NCBI RefSeq assembly: GCF_006345805.1
Contig: NC_043011.1
Span: 29,772,464 to 29,836,463 of the forward strand
DNA from: Octopus sinensis
Lineage: Eukaryota
Direction of reading: 5' to 3'
DNA length: 64,000 bases
Shown here one piece after another: positions 13,567-26,065 of the stretch. The notes under the pieces are model-generated. The model was not told the DNA's origin and made no database searches. It saw only the letters and a list, made by a program, of their open reading frames with translations. How positions within the stretch are numbered: the stretch's first letter is position 1; every line of letters starts with the position of its first letter. A program made the position numbers and the translations under genes.

Positions 13567-14707
13567 GTAGACAAATAGGGGTAAATACACCAAGTCAGTT
13601 CACAGTCTCCCTAACAGGAATGGGGATGGGTGCATTTTAGAGTGGTTATCTCCTCTTCAGCAGCAGACACCGGAAAAGCAGATGCTGCAAACTGACAAGA
13701 AAGACAAGTCCCTCTTATTATATTCCTATTGTTGTACAATGACTGGTCGTGTTAGTCAACAGCTTGCCATAAATAAAATATGGGATGAAAGCGCTGAGTA
13801 GTGATGGATATTGTTGTATAGTGAAACTGTACACCCCTCCCTGTAAAAAGTGGTAGTAGCCAGCCATTATAAATAGACCAACAGCAGGTTGACAGGTGAG
13901 GGTTGAGGTTCAGAGTACGTGTAGGCTGTGTTGATAGTTGTGTCTGTGTTGATATAGTAATTACACTGTGATACAGAGTGGACATAACGACAATCCAATC
14001 TTTTGAGGATAATAATACTGTATAATTGGGGGTCATACAGTGCCAGATAGAACCATTCTATCAATGACTTCAGAATATAACAATATCTGTCAGAGCGACA
14101 ATCATCATTAAAAGACAGATACAACTGTGGCAAAAGACTGCTTTACAACAGATTATTACCAGTTCAAATATGCTTGACGCATAGGAAAGCCATTCTCTGC
14201 ATTTTGTTACAGAAGAAACATTTCACTGTTGACAGATAGGTGTAAATACACCAAGTCAGTTCACAGCCTTTCTTAACCAGACTGTTGGATGCATGTATTT
14301 CAGAAGTTATTATCTCCTCCTCAGCAGCAGATACCAGAAAAACAGTCTCTGAAAACTGACATGAGAGACAGGTCCCTCTTATGATATTCCCATCATCGTT
14401 ATATGACTAGTTGTTCTATTCAGCAGCTCACTATAAATAGAATATGGGGTGACAGCACTAAGTAGTGATGTGTATTAATACAAACATGTTACCAGTTTCT
14501 CACTGTAGACAAATAGGTGTAAACACACCAAGTTAATTCACAGCCTTCCCTAACCAAACTGAGGATGCATGCATTTTGGAGTGATTATCTCTTCTTCAGC
14601 AACAGACACCAGAAAGCTAGACCTTGCAAAGTGACACGAGACACAAGTCCCACTTATTATCATCCTGTCATTGTACAATGGCTGATTGTGCTAGTCAGCA
14701 GCTCACC
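13567..14707. repeat. Three diverged direct copies of a ~240-bp unit
   Basis: Units at ~13567-13810, 14222-14470 and 14496-14707, each with tgtaaa.acaccaagt.a.ttcacag..c and ttatctc.tc.tcagca.caga.acc. Confidence 0.8.
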
Positions 14708-14759
14708 TTAAAAAAAAAAGGAACAAAAGTGCTGAGCACTTTTGCTGAGAACAAAAGTG

Positions 14760-14794
14760 CTGGGTTCTCATTCCTAAGGTATTTTTCGATGATG

Positions 14795-14833
<39 letters not shown>

Positions 14834-15045
14834 TCACTGTCTGGAATCGAACTCGGAATCTTGGGGTTAGTACCCTGCGCTCGTAACCACTACACCATTT
14901 GCCCAGGTTCAAAATTTCCCCAAGACACCTGATAAAGGCTGGAGGGTGTATCAGCCGAAATGTGTTAACATCAAACAAGATGAGGACAAATATCCGTCAA
15001 TTGTAAATAATGTACATAATTCCTCATCTCTTAAATATAGAACTG
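14760..15045. mobile_element. Second copy of the tRNA-head/hammerhead-tail SINE, also 5'-inverted
   Basis: Reverse-complement linker, (ATT)n and tRNA head 14760-14903, then tail on + 14903-15045. It ends in the same ...ctcttaaatatagaactg terminus as 28370. Confidence 0.75.
14924..14966 (+). ncRNA. Degenerate minimal hammerhead-like motif
   Basis: gacac CTGATAA a ggctg-loop-cagcc GAAA tgtgtt; G8 mutated and helix III damaged. Confidence 0.4.
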
Positions 15046-17109
15046 GAAAAATATTCTTGCCATGACCATCCATTCTTTTTAAGATTATGCAGCTCTACAC
15101 TTGCCCATGTATTCTTCTTTTACTTGAGACAATAAGAGGTTTATATTTTGAGGGAATTTGCTCTTTTTCTAGAAGATGATGAAACCATGTAGAGCAGTAG
15201 TTCCCAAACTTTTCTTTGCTCTGCACCTTTAGGAAATATCTCATTAATTTTGCATCTCCTACAACAATAATATCACACCTGAAGATTAAAGAAAGTCAGG
15301 TATTTAATAATTACCATATTTTGTGGCTTTAGGAAGGGTATCCAGCCATAAAAACCATGTCAGAGTAGACAAGGAAGCCTGGTGTCACTCCTGGTTTTAT
15401 CCTCTCTCGTTAAACTGTCCAGCATGAAAAATGGAAGTTAAATGATGATGATGATGATGATGGAAAACTCACTATTTATATAAAAAAAAATATACCTCAA
15501 AAATTATCTTGCATCTTCCATGATACTAGATGATAAGTAGTTGCTTGCTGTGGTTCTTTGAAATCAGTAGAGCAGTAAGCGCCAGTTGTAGTCATGCACA
15601 AATATAGCTTGTAGGTGGCAAGCTGTGGCAAATGTAATATAATCACCATGATGTGTAACATGAATAATCATTGGAGCGCTAAAGCAACAAACATTATTTT
15701 TTGTGTACTCCAATAATGTAATGGCACATGGCTCAGTGGTTAAAGCATAAGCCTCACAATCACGAAGTAATGAACTCAATTTCTAGACTAGGCTGTGTGT
15801 TGTGTTCTTGAGCAAGACACTTAATTTTCCAATGTTCTAGTTCGCTCCACTGTAGAAATGAGTTGTGATGTCACTGGTGCCAAGCTGTACAGGTCTTTGC
15901 TTTTCCTTCAGATAACATTTGTGGTGTAGAGAGAAGAGGCTGGTATGCATGGGCAACTGTTGGTCCTCCATAAACAACCTTGCTTGGACTTGTGCCTTGG
16001 AGGGTAACTTTTTAGTTGCAACTCCATAGTCATTCATGACTGAAGGAGTCTTTACTCTTTACTCCAATAATACCCTGCAACTGCAAAGTTGTTTATGGAA
16101 GACCAGCAGTCAGCTATGCATACCAACCTGCCCTCTCCACACCACCAATGTTATCCAAAGGAAAGGCAAAGGCCAGTACAGCTTGGCACCAGTGACATTG
16201 CAACTCATTTCTACAGCTGACCACCAGGTAGGTGGCCATTGTCTTGTGATTTTATTCATCGATGGTAGGCATGATAACTCTACTGCTTTGCTAGTTTGCC
16301 TACCACTGATAACAAGCATTAAGCATGTGCCTGCTGGCCATTGCCCAATCCTGTGGTAAACTCAAATTATTTTTTCCTAGAACTTTGCTACAAGCATGGC
16401 TTTCTGGTTGAAAAGCTTGCTTTCCGAGCATAGTTTTAAGTTCAGCCCCACTGCAGGACAATTGGGACAGGTGACATCTACAAGATCACTGAGTTAACTA
16501 AAGCCTTGTAAATGAACTTGGTTGACAGAAACCGAAAGAAACTCATTGCAAGTGTGTGTGTGTGTGTGCTTGTGTGTGCATGCATGCGTGTGTGTGTGTG
16601 AATGTGTGGATGTTTGTGCCTCTTTGTCTTGATAATGCATGATAGCTGTAAATGAGAGTCACTATCATACAAGCAGTGTTGTTCATTTCCAATATTCATC
16701 AAAAACATGTCTGGCTGTGAAGAAATATCCAGTCATAGAGAAGTCTGCTTCAATAAATTCCAACTGACCCATGCAAGCATGAAAAACTGGATGGTAAAAC
16801 AACGGCGATGACGATGATGAATTATGATGCTGATGATGATGATGGTAGTGGTCGTGGTGGTAATGATGATGATAAGAAAGAAGAATTACATTTTCAAAAT
16901 CAAGGGCACCTTCCCCAATGCAGCATCTGCCATACCATAAAATATGGTAATTGTTTTTTTTTTTTATTGAATTGAGCTACGTTCAGTTCTGTGAGTGAAC
17001 AAATTGAACTCAAGACAAAAGCTTTTGATTTGTTGCATAAAATGCAAATGTAAAATGAGTAATTAAAGAAAAAAAATTGCAAACAATGAAATCGGTCCTG
17101 ATAGTGAAC

Positions 17110-17330
17110 ATAAAATCGAATGAATTCTTCTTCTTGCTTCAAAACTTTATGCAAAAAAAGGAATTCCTTGCTGATTGTGATCTGCAGATTTGCCTGTGGT
17201 TTCAGACAATTCATAAATTTTGTCTTGATTAATGAAAGAAAATTGAATTGAGATTCACACATGTATATCATTGCAAATAGAACAAGGATGTAGTTCTTGG
17301 TCGTTATCTCATACGAGATAAATCTATGAA
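17110..17330 (-). mobile_element. hAT (Charlie/Buster-type) transposase C-terminal dimerisation-domain relic
   Basis: ILVLFAMIYMCESQFNFLSLIKTKFMNCLKPQANLQITISK resembles LL.PFATTYLCESGFS.L..IKTK.RNRL....DLR.ALS. Confidence 0.6.
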
Positions 17331-17426
17331 AGTAGATTAATAAATTTCCAAGTGTGCTTTATAGAAATTCAGATGTTTTATAGAATGAAAGTTATTTTAA
17401 AAAGTTATCTAATTCTATTCTGGAAA

Positions 17427-17489
<63 letters not shown>

Positions 17490-17637
17490 ATTTGGGTACA
17501 GAAATGGGTGTGTAGTTCAAAATTTCACTTACCAACCACACAGAATTTCAGATTCAAACAGTCAGGCCAACAAAAGCCTTCTGAATGGACTTGGTAGACA
17601 GAAATGTAAGAAGCCTACCATGTATGTATGCATATAT

Positions 17638-17668
<31 letters not shown>

Positions 17669-17882
17669 GCATAGTAATAATAATAGTAGGGAATATAATT
17701 CCAAACTTACAGGGAAAAATTCAATTTAGTAAGTTTAAATCAAATTTCACAATATATAATATATGTATATAATTTATGGTTTTATTTTAAGTAATACTGT
17801 TAAATGTTTTTCGATTATTTATTGTTAAAACACGTTTTTTTACCGATATTTATTTGATAATCATTTAAGTTAAGATACTACA

Positions 17883-17927
<45 letters not shown>

Positions 17928-17931
17928 GTTA

Positions 17932-18047
17932 GACCTGATAAGTGACTATTTTTTAATAGAATTAATTATAGATCGATTTAATTTTAAATCGAATTGATTT
18001 TATTCTTATTATCTATTTGAAAATATAGCCATGAAATGCGTGTAGTC
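17932..18047 (+). ncRNA. Degenerate type-I hammerhead-like motif in a TA-flanked PLE-like repeat
   Basis: gac CTGATAA gtgactat...atagccat GAAAT GCGT GTA gtc; consistent with CpG decay of GAAAC GCGC GTA. Confidence 0.45.
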
Positions 18048-18714
18048 AATTTACTACTATTTACTATTTATTGTTTATGTACTTTATTGATTTTTAGAAT
18101 AAGGTTCTTATAGTATATTTATTTTTTCTATATGGTGTAAATAACCTCTTCAACTATTGAATTGCTTAATAGAGGTTTTTCTCTAAATTATATACATATA
18201 TATACATAAGGATATGGGGGGGGGGGTTATTTCACTGGTGATCTAAACGAATAGATCTGCTGAGTAAGAGCTATAAGTGGTCATCCATTAGGTTCCAAGT
18301 TCACAGCTAATGCTGGAGCTAGGGATCCATATTAGGCTTCTATGTTAGCAGGTATATATTAGAAGACAAGGTAAGCAAAAACCAAGGCAGGATGAGTATC
18401 TCAAATCATTTATTATAAAGATATCCAAACTACAGTGGGGAAGGCTAGCCACTGGATTTGGTTAAAAAGAGACGATGAGCAATGGCTAGAAAAATAGTTA
18501 TTTAATAACCAGTTGATCTAGCAAGCGAGGCCTCATATCAGTGAGTGAGGGCTGGTGTGCATTGATGCCGTTGAGAGGTAGGCCCCAAAACGGCGTGCAT
18601 TCTCTCCTGATGACCCCATACACTTGCTGGCTTCTGGTATGCAGAGTTCTCAGCTGGTAGCACTTGCATGTGCAAGTTGTTTGCAAGACAACATTAGGGT
18701 AAAGTTAATTTGAG

Positions 18715-18790
18715 GTCTTACAGCTGTTTCTGGGATATCCCAAGTGATAGGTTAGCATGTCTGTACACTGGCTGTTCCATCATTAGAGAC
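18715..18790 (-). ncRNA. Minimal type-I hammerhead-like motif
   Basis: gtct CTAATGA tgg...cca GAAAC AGCT GTA agac: perfect 4-bp helix I, palindromic ACAGCTGT helix III; G5 mutated. Confidence 0.6.
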
Positions 18791-18974
18791 AAAGTGAGTA
18801 TGTAGGAAAGGTCTAGACAGGGAAATTTACAGTTTATAAAGAATAGAATAGAAAAATAAAGAGGAAAAGTAGATATAAATAATACAGACAGAATTATAAA
18901 AGTTCACAATTCATCTTTTTCCTGTGGGTATGGTGGTTGGTCTGTACTTCTGTGAAAGTTTAATCAACTAAGTG

Positions 18975-19383
18975 GGAGTGGCTGTGTGGTAAGTAGCTTG
19001 CTTACTAACCACATGGTTCCGGGTTCAGTCCCACTGTGTGGCACCTTGGGCAAGTGTCTTCTACTATAGCCTTGGGCCGACCAAAGCCTTGTGAGTGGAT
19101 TTGGTAGATGGAAACTGAAAGAAGCCCATCGTATATATCTATATACATGTATGTATATGTGTGTATATGTGTTTGTGTGTCTGTGTTTGTCCCCCCAACA
19201 TCGCTTGACAACCGATGGTGGTGTGCTTACATCCCCGTAACTTCACAGTTCTGCAAAAGGGACCGATAGAATAAGTACTAGGCTTACAAAGAATAAGTCC
19301 TGGGGGTCGATTTGCTCGACTAAAGGTGGTGCTCCAGCATGGCCGTAGTCAAATGATTGAAACAAGTAAAAGAGAAAAAGAGT
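18975..19383 (+). mobile_element. SINE family A (tRNA-like head, CORE-like ccttgggcaagt box, internal TA/CA microsatellite), full-length reference copy
   Basis: ggagtggctgtgtggtaag..ggttccgggttcagtccc..caccttgggcaagtgtc..gaaactgaaagaagccc (TA/CA)n ..gataagtactaggcttacaaagaataagtcctgggg..gactgaaacaagtaaaagag. Confidence 0.85.
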
Positions 19384-20269
19384 AAATATATATATTTATT
19401 ATCTCCTTATCTACTCATGAGATTCACTAGCTGATTGTAAGCAATGACTTCACTGATGGTGTTGTTTGCTTACAAAAGAATGTGTGGGTTGTTTGTTATT
19501 TGATAGAATGGGAGGGAGATTATCGCACCATCTGGAAACAAGTTGGAGGGTTGGCAACAGGAAGGGCATCCAGCCACAGAAAACTTAGTTCCAACACACT
19601 CTTGTCTGACCCACGCAAATATAGAAATTCATTTGTTAAAACAATGACGACGATGGTGACGATGATGACGACAATGAAAATGATGATAATCATCATCATC
19701 ATCGTTTAACGTCCGTTCTCCATGCTAGCATGGGTTGGACGGTTCGACCGGGGATCTGGGAAGCCCGAAGGCTGCACCAGGCTCCGGTCTTATCTGGCAA
19801 TGTTTCTACAGCTGGATGCCCTTCCTAACGCCAACTGCCCTTCCTAACGCCAATGATAATGATATGCATTTTTTTTCTGTCCTGCCCACCGAAGTTAGGA
19901 AACACAAACATAGAGGCTTCCTCATTGGCTCAGTTGTGTTATTATTATTAAAGGCAATGGTGGATGTAGTGGTGGTGGTGGTGGTGGTATGGACATTGAC
20001 CTCATTGTCATCGTGGTGTTGATGGTGTTGGTATTTTTTGTCGTTTGGCAAATCAGCAGAATCCAGTGAAAGCAGAAGAGATGTGTTCTAAGTCGGCAAA
20101 AAAGTTATAGAAATACTTCAGATGGTGGAAATAAATTTTATGCTGTGAGGGATGAAACTTATTCCCTTGTTTGAACTATTTCTATTACATTATACAATGG
20201 TTTGTATTACTCGTATTGCATCATGCCGTCAGGCATAACAGTTATATTGTTTTAATTATTCGTATTCTT

Positions 20270-21460
20270 AGTGGTGGTAGTGGCAGTGGTAGAGGTAGTA
20301 ATGGCGGTGGTGGTGGTGGTGCTAGCGCTGGTGGTGGTGGTGGCGGCGGCGGTGGTGGTGGTGGTGGTGGTGCTGGTGGTAGATTTGTTTTGTGTTGCTA
20401 GAGGTAGGTGCATTATTATTGCTAATGTTGTTGTTGTTCTTGGTGGTGGTGGTGGTGGTGGTAGCAGTGGTAGTGGTGGTGGTGGTAGTGGTAGTGGTGG
20501 TAGTGGTAGTGGTGGTGGTGGTGGTAGTGGTAGTGGTGGTGGTGCTGGTGGAGGTGGCGGTGGTGGTGGTGGTGGTGGTAGTGGTGGTGGTGCTGGTGGA
20601 GGTGGAGGTGGTGGTGGTGGTGGTGGTGGTGATGGTGGTGGTGGTGTGGTGGTGGTAGTGGTGGTGGTGCTGGTGGAGGTGGCGGTGGTGTTGCTGGTAC
20701 TGGTGGTGGGGGTGCTGGTGGTGGAGGTGGTGGTGGTGGTGGCAGCAGTGGTGGTGGTGCTGGTGGTAGATTTGTTTTGTGTTGCTAGAGGTAGGTACAT
20801 TATTATTGCTTGTGTTGTTGTTGCTGTTGTTGTTAATGGTGGTGGTGGTGGTGACAGTGAAGTTGTTTGTGTTGCTGGTAGTAAGGGCATTACCATTCTC
20901 ATTATAATTGTTGTTGGTGGTGGCGATGGTGGTTGTGACATTAGTGGTAACAGTGGCAATGTTTGAGTTGCTGGTCCTGGAGGACTGCCACTAATATTGT
21001 TGTTGGTGGTGGTGGTGCTGCTGGTGGAGGTGGCGGTGCTGGTGGTGGTATTGATGTTGATCAGTGGTTGCAGTGGTAGTGATGTGTGATGGTAACAGTA
21101 GTAGTGGGGGCTGGGGGTGGGGCTGATGGGGGAGTTCTTTGTGTTGTTCACACTGGAGGATTGCCATGGATACAGTTGATAATGGTGATGATGATGATGG
21201 AGTTGGTGATGATGATGATGATGATGATGATGATGGTGTTGATAATGGTAATAATGATGATGGTGGTAATGGTGGTGGTGGTGGTGGTGGTGGTGTTTAT
21301 GGTGGTATTGATGGTGATGGTGATTGCAGATTTGTTTGTGTTGCTCAAAATGGAGGAATATACCATTGCTATTGTTGGTGGAGGTAACTGGGGGGGGGGA
21401 GATGTTATCATTAGTGTTGGTGATGCTGATGCTGATGATGATGATGCTATTGTTGGTGAT
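20270..21460. repeat. Complex (GGT)/(GAT) low-complexity array with a recurring ~55-nt motif
   Basis: Source of the 403-aa and 231-aa low-complexity ORFs. Confidence 0.9.
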
Positions 21461-21529
21461 CACGTGTGAGTGACGTTGTTCTTGTTGCTGCTAGTACAGG
21501 AATTACCAACAGTGATGGAATTGGGAGCA

Positions 21530-21549
21530 AACACACACACGCACACACA

Positions 21550-21588
<39 letters not shown>

Positions 21589-22200
21589 ACACACACACAC
21601 ACCACACACACACACACAGACAGATATATATAAATGCACACACTCCCAAATGTATAGAAATAGTCTATATGAACATATTCTCTCAGTGTATACACACACA
21701 AGTACATTAAAACACACGCACACACATAATAAATGTATGCAAACATATATATAAGATGTATATACAAACACACTGAAGTATACATACAAATGTACATGAA
21801 TACACACATTAATGTATACACACACATGCAAATGTACATACACGTAAACACAAATGCATACAGATACACACAAGCGTATATAAGCACGCTAACAAATGTA
21901 TGTAAACACACACACATACACACTTGTAAATGTACACACACATGCACACATGCACATACACACTTGCAAATGTGCACACACACACACACTTGCAAATGTG
22001 CACACACACACACAAGCATGCACATACACACTCACAAATGTATATACACATACACACAAATGCATACAAACACAGGTAAATGCATATAAGTACATATACG
22101 AATATATGTAAACACACACATACACACACACACACATACACACACATACACACACACACATACACACACATACACACATACACACATACACACACACGTT
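21530..22200. repeat. Degenerate (CA)n/(TACA)n tract
   Basis: Direct reading. Similar tracts at 53720-54185 and 58295-58655. Confidence 0.9.
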
Positions 22201-22852
22201 TGCATGCAAACATATACAAGTTTCCAGACATAGACAATTGTATGACTGGTGAAACGTGTCCCAGGAGGGTAAGAAAGCTAACTGTGTTCCTGAGGCTAGT
22301 GTCTGTTAATGTCCAAGTGAGACAGACGACGGAATAAAATTGGTTCATTACTGGACAAGTGATAATTCTTTGAGAATGGGGAGGTAGAAAGGTGGGGAGG
22401 GGAGGGGAGTGCTGTGCATTTACATGTGTGTACGTACACCTGATACATATATATATATGTGTGTGTGTGTGCATATGTATGTATGCATACTTACAAGCAT
22501 ACATACATACATACGCACACATATATATGTTTGGTTGTAACTTTTATATTTTCATGTAAACCTTAACACTTTTTTTCGGATTTTACTGAGATTGGTCATG
22601 CTGATCAATTTTGTACAGAGGGTGGCATTAAAGGGAAATAAATAAACAAACATCACACTCAATGGGTCGAGGTAAACCCAAATGTTTGGCTGTGATATCA
22701 GGTGGTCTAGTATGTAGAAGTATGTCAAAAGTGTTAACCGGGTAAAATCTCTGCCGAACCAGATATAATATCTTCATGGATAATAGTTGGCATGGGAAAC
22801 GAAGAAGATTTTAATACAAGGTCAGAGGTGGGCTTAACTTCAACATAGAAAG

Positions 22853-22880
22853 CAAGAGCAACACTGGGTCCAACAGCTAG
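22853..22880 (+). mobile_element. Possible Helitron-like 3' end
   Basis: agcaacactgggtccaacagCTAG|t resembles the 3' end of 29322-29719; 5' end not located. Confidence 0.3.
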
Positions 22881-22895
22881 TATAAGCTAGTATAT

Positions 22896-22933
<38 letters not shown>

Positions 22934-23937
22934 GATAAATGAAACATATGTCGAGAATAAAGGAATTTTGTTAAATCGCCGTTCGACTCCATTCTTTCAT
23001 TTATCTATAGTAAAAAAACACACAAATTTCCACACGAAAGTATGTGATTTCTGCCCTTGGCATGTAGCTTCAACCGTGCTTTCTGACGTAAATTTGCTAC
23101 CCGGGTATCGGTTAACCGAATTATCTATACTAGGATAATTCATTCAACTACTTAAATATATATATATATAAATATATATATATACATACAAATATTCTAT
23201 AATTATAATCATAATTATAATTAGGGGTCAGCTAATTGCTTCACCACATACTGAATTTAGAAATAGGAGTTAAAAATTCCTTTTCTACTACTGTAAGAAT
23301 TTTTCAGACAGTAATACACTTTTTTACATTGGCAAAGAGAAAAATAATGAATCAACATGACTCCAATTAGCCACAGACATGTTTTGAAATGCATCTGTGG
23401 CTAGAATATTTGTATAAATTTACCTATTAAGGTTATTTTAATGCACCAATTTACTTGGTAAAATTATTAATTACATAATTGATTAATTAATTAATTCTAC
23501 CCTTTTATTATTAATATATATATATATATACAATTGTCATTAAATGTGGCTAGGGTGTTAGAAACACCTACAAAGCTAGAAATAAGAACTAAACTGCTCT
23601 AATGTTGTAGTCAACACACATAAATGCAAACATATACACACACAGTTATCTCGACATCTGGTGCATGACACACTTGTGCACCTGTGCAGGCAATGTGGAA
23701 TTGGTGGAGGAAGTGAGCAAATGTAAATGCAAACATTTGATCTATATATATATGTAAAAAGATTTAAAGCTAATGCTAATTCGTAATAATCCTTACATAT
23801 ATATATTATTTAAAGCAGTCTTCAAGCTTCACAGAAACCTAACAGAACTGAACCAAACTGTTTTAAATAATTAAATAATACATGTAATTCCTGCTAGAGG
23901 TTTTGTGTGCCCTTTTCTTTTGTTTGCCTACTCACCC

Positions 23938-23970
<33 letters not shown>

Positions 23971-24005
23971 TGTATGTATGTATGTATGTATGTATGTATG
24001 TATGC

Positions 24006-24037
<32 letters not shown>

Positions 24038-24093
24038 GTATGTATATATACATATATATGTATATGTATATATGTATATATATATATATATAT

Positions 24094-25093
24094 AACAGAT
24101 AAGATAGCTTTCATGTGCGGCAGATGCACAGGGACAATAGACACAACAGACACTCAGAAAACAGATTCCATCACACTCCAGGGAGAGAAACTAGAAGTAG
24201 TTGATAGTTTCCGCTACCTGGGTGACCAAGTTAGTAGCGGAGGTGGATGCACAGAGAGTATCACCACTAGAATACGAATAGCCTGGGCAAAGTTCAGAAA
24301 GCTCCTACCCCTACTGGCAACAAAAGGTCTCTCCCTCAGAGCGAAAGGTAGACTGTATGATGCATGTGTGCAAACTGCCATGCTTCACGGTAATGAAACA
24401 TGGGCTGTGACTGCAGAGGACATGCGTAGACTTGAAAGAAATGAAGCTAGCATGATCCGCTGGATGTGTAGTGTCAGTGTGCATGCAAGACAGAGTGTAA
24501 GCATCCTGAGAGAAATGCTGGATATAAGAAGCATCAGATGTGGTGTGCAAGAGCGACGCTTGCGATGGTATGGTCATGTGCTGCGGATGGATGAAGAGAG
24601 ATGTGTGAAGAAGTGCCACTCCCAAACAGTTGAAGGTATCAGGGGGAGAGGTAGACCCAGGAAGACATGGGATGAAGTAGTCAAGCATGACCTCAGAGCA
24701 TTGGGCCTCACTGAGGCAATGGCGAAGGACCGAGATCTCTGGAGATATGCTGTGACTGCAAAGACCCGGGCTGCTTTCTGCAGCAATTCCACATACCCCC
24801 TACCCATTCAAAGTACCCCGGATCCCGTTGCCCCCGTGCCGCTGGCACGTTAAAAGCTCGAACCGATCGTGACCGATGCCGGACCCCCCGGCCCCTGTGC
24901 AGGTGGCACGTAAAAAGCACCCACTCCACTCACGGAGTGGTTGGCGTCAGGAAGGGCATCCAGCCGTAGAAACTCTGCCAGATCAGACTGGAGCCTGGAG
25001 CGGCCCCTGGCTTCCCAGACCCCGGTCGAACCATCCAACTCGGCTAGTGCGGAAAATGGACGTTAAACGATGATGATGATGATGATGATGATG
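24094..25093 (+). mobile_element. 5'-truncated RTE-clade LINE: RT C-terminus, 3'UTR and (GAT)n tail
   Basis: Open frame with [59 protein letters not shown]. CpG-rich 3'UTR ends ggacgttaaac(gat)n. Flanked by (TA)n on both sides. Confidence 0.92.
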
Positions 25094-25247
25094 ATATATA
25101 TATATATATATATGTATGTGTGTATGTTTGTATGTATGTATGTATATATAGTTAATTCAAATATAAAAACAGTAAAGTTAATAATAACAGATGGTAGGAG
25201 GATGTGCTGCAGGAATGTATTAATTTAATGCTCAGTAAAATGAGAGA

Positions 25248-25284
25248 GTTTTTGACGTTTCAAGCCCAGCTCTTCATCAGAAAC
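25248..25284 (-). ncRNA. Minimal hammerhead-like motif with intact core
   Basis: gttt CTGATGA a gagc tgg gctt GAAAC GTC aaaaac; inside a PLE-like repeat at ~25150-25330. Confidence 0.6.
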
Positions 25285-25679
25285 GAGAAAGGGAAAAGTT
25301 CAAAGAAGGAAAAGAAATCACCAACAGCATGTGTGTAGTTACATTGGTAAAGTATACATAAATATATTAGAATACAGTGCACTTGTTCAAAAAACAAGGA
25401 TGGACACACACACACACACAAATACACACTCACACATGCACATATGTATATATATATCTGTGTGTGTGTGTATAGATATATGTTGGTATAGATATTTATT
25501 ATTCTTATTCAAGAATATTGTTGACAATGGCTTCAAAGTTTTGGCCAGCTAAGTTATCGTCAAACTTTGAAGTCACTGTCAACAACATTTTGTATAATGA
25601 TAATAAACTTGTACTCTAAAAAAGTACAGAATGATTCATCAGATTAGCATAAAATTACTTTTATCATAACTGAACATAG

Positions 25680-25870
25680 GGTGGCAAGCTGGTAGAATCA
25701 TTAGTGGGTATTTTGTTTTATCTTTACATTCTGAGTTCAAATTCTGCTGGGGTCAACTTTGCCTTTCATCATTTCAGGGTCGATAAAGTAAGCACCAGTT
25801 GAACACTGGGGTTGATGTAATCAACTTACCCCCTCCCGCGAAATTTCAGATCTTTTGCCTAAAATGGAAA
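25680..25870 (+). mobile_element. Family-B SINE
   Basis: Family-B motifs. Further + copies at 27510-27725 and 42055-42280. Confidence 0.75.
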
Positions 25871-26032
25871 GGATTCTAACTGATTATAGCATGTGCAATC
25901 TGCTAATGAAAGATTCAGTAAGACTCAAGCATGAGGACTCAATCCCCATGACTCTCTCAGGAATAGTGGGTGGGGTAGCGACAGAGGGCCATGAAAATCT
26001 GTGCAAGCAGTGCAACTGGGATGATGACGATA

Positions 26033-26065
<33 letters not shown>

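Noticed and set aside
13567-14707. CRISPR-like or ankyrin interpretation of the repeated units
   Set aside because: The units are ~240 bp, diverged, with no constant repeat/unique spacer pattern and no ankyrin consensus in any frame examined.
20252-21463. 403-aa minus-strand ORF resembling an extensin/mucin
   Set aside because: It is a translation of GGT/GAT microsatellites, which lack stops in several frames; no splice or domain support.
22228-22268. Exon-like DIDNCMTGETCPRR resembling a calcium-binding EGF start
   Set aside because: Only 14 codons, ends in phase 0 mid-domain, no companion EGF exons found.
22941-22952. GAAAC ATAT GTC half of a hammerhead (also GAAAC AGCT GTA on minus near 42878-42890)
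   Set aside because: No CUGANGA core or helix II upstream; at most truncated copies.
23903-24093. N-terminal 64 codons of the 316-aa ORF
   Set aside because: (TATG)n/(TA)n read-through into the truncated RTE; not a real start.
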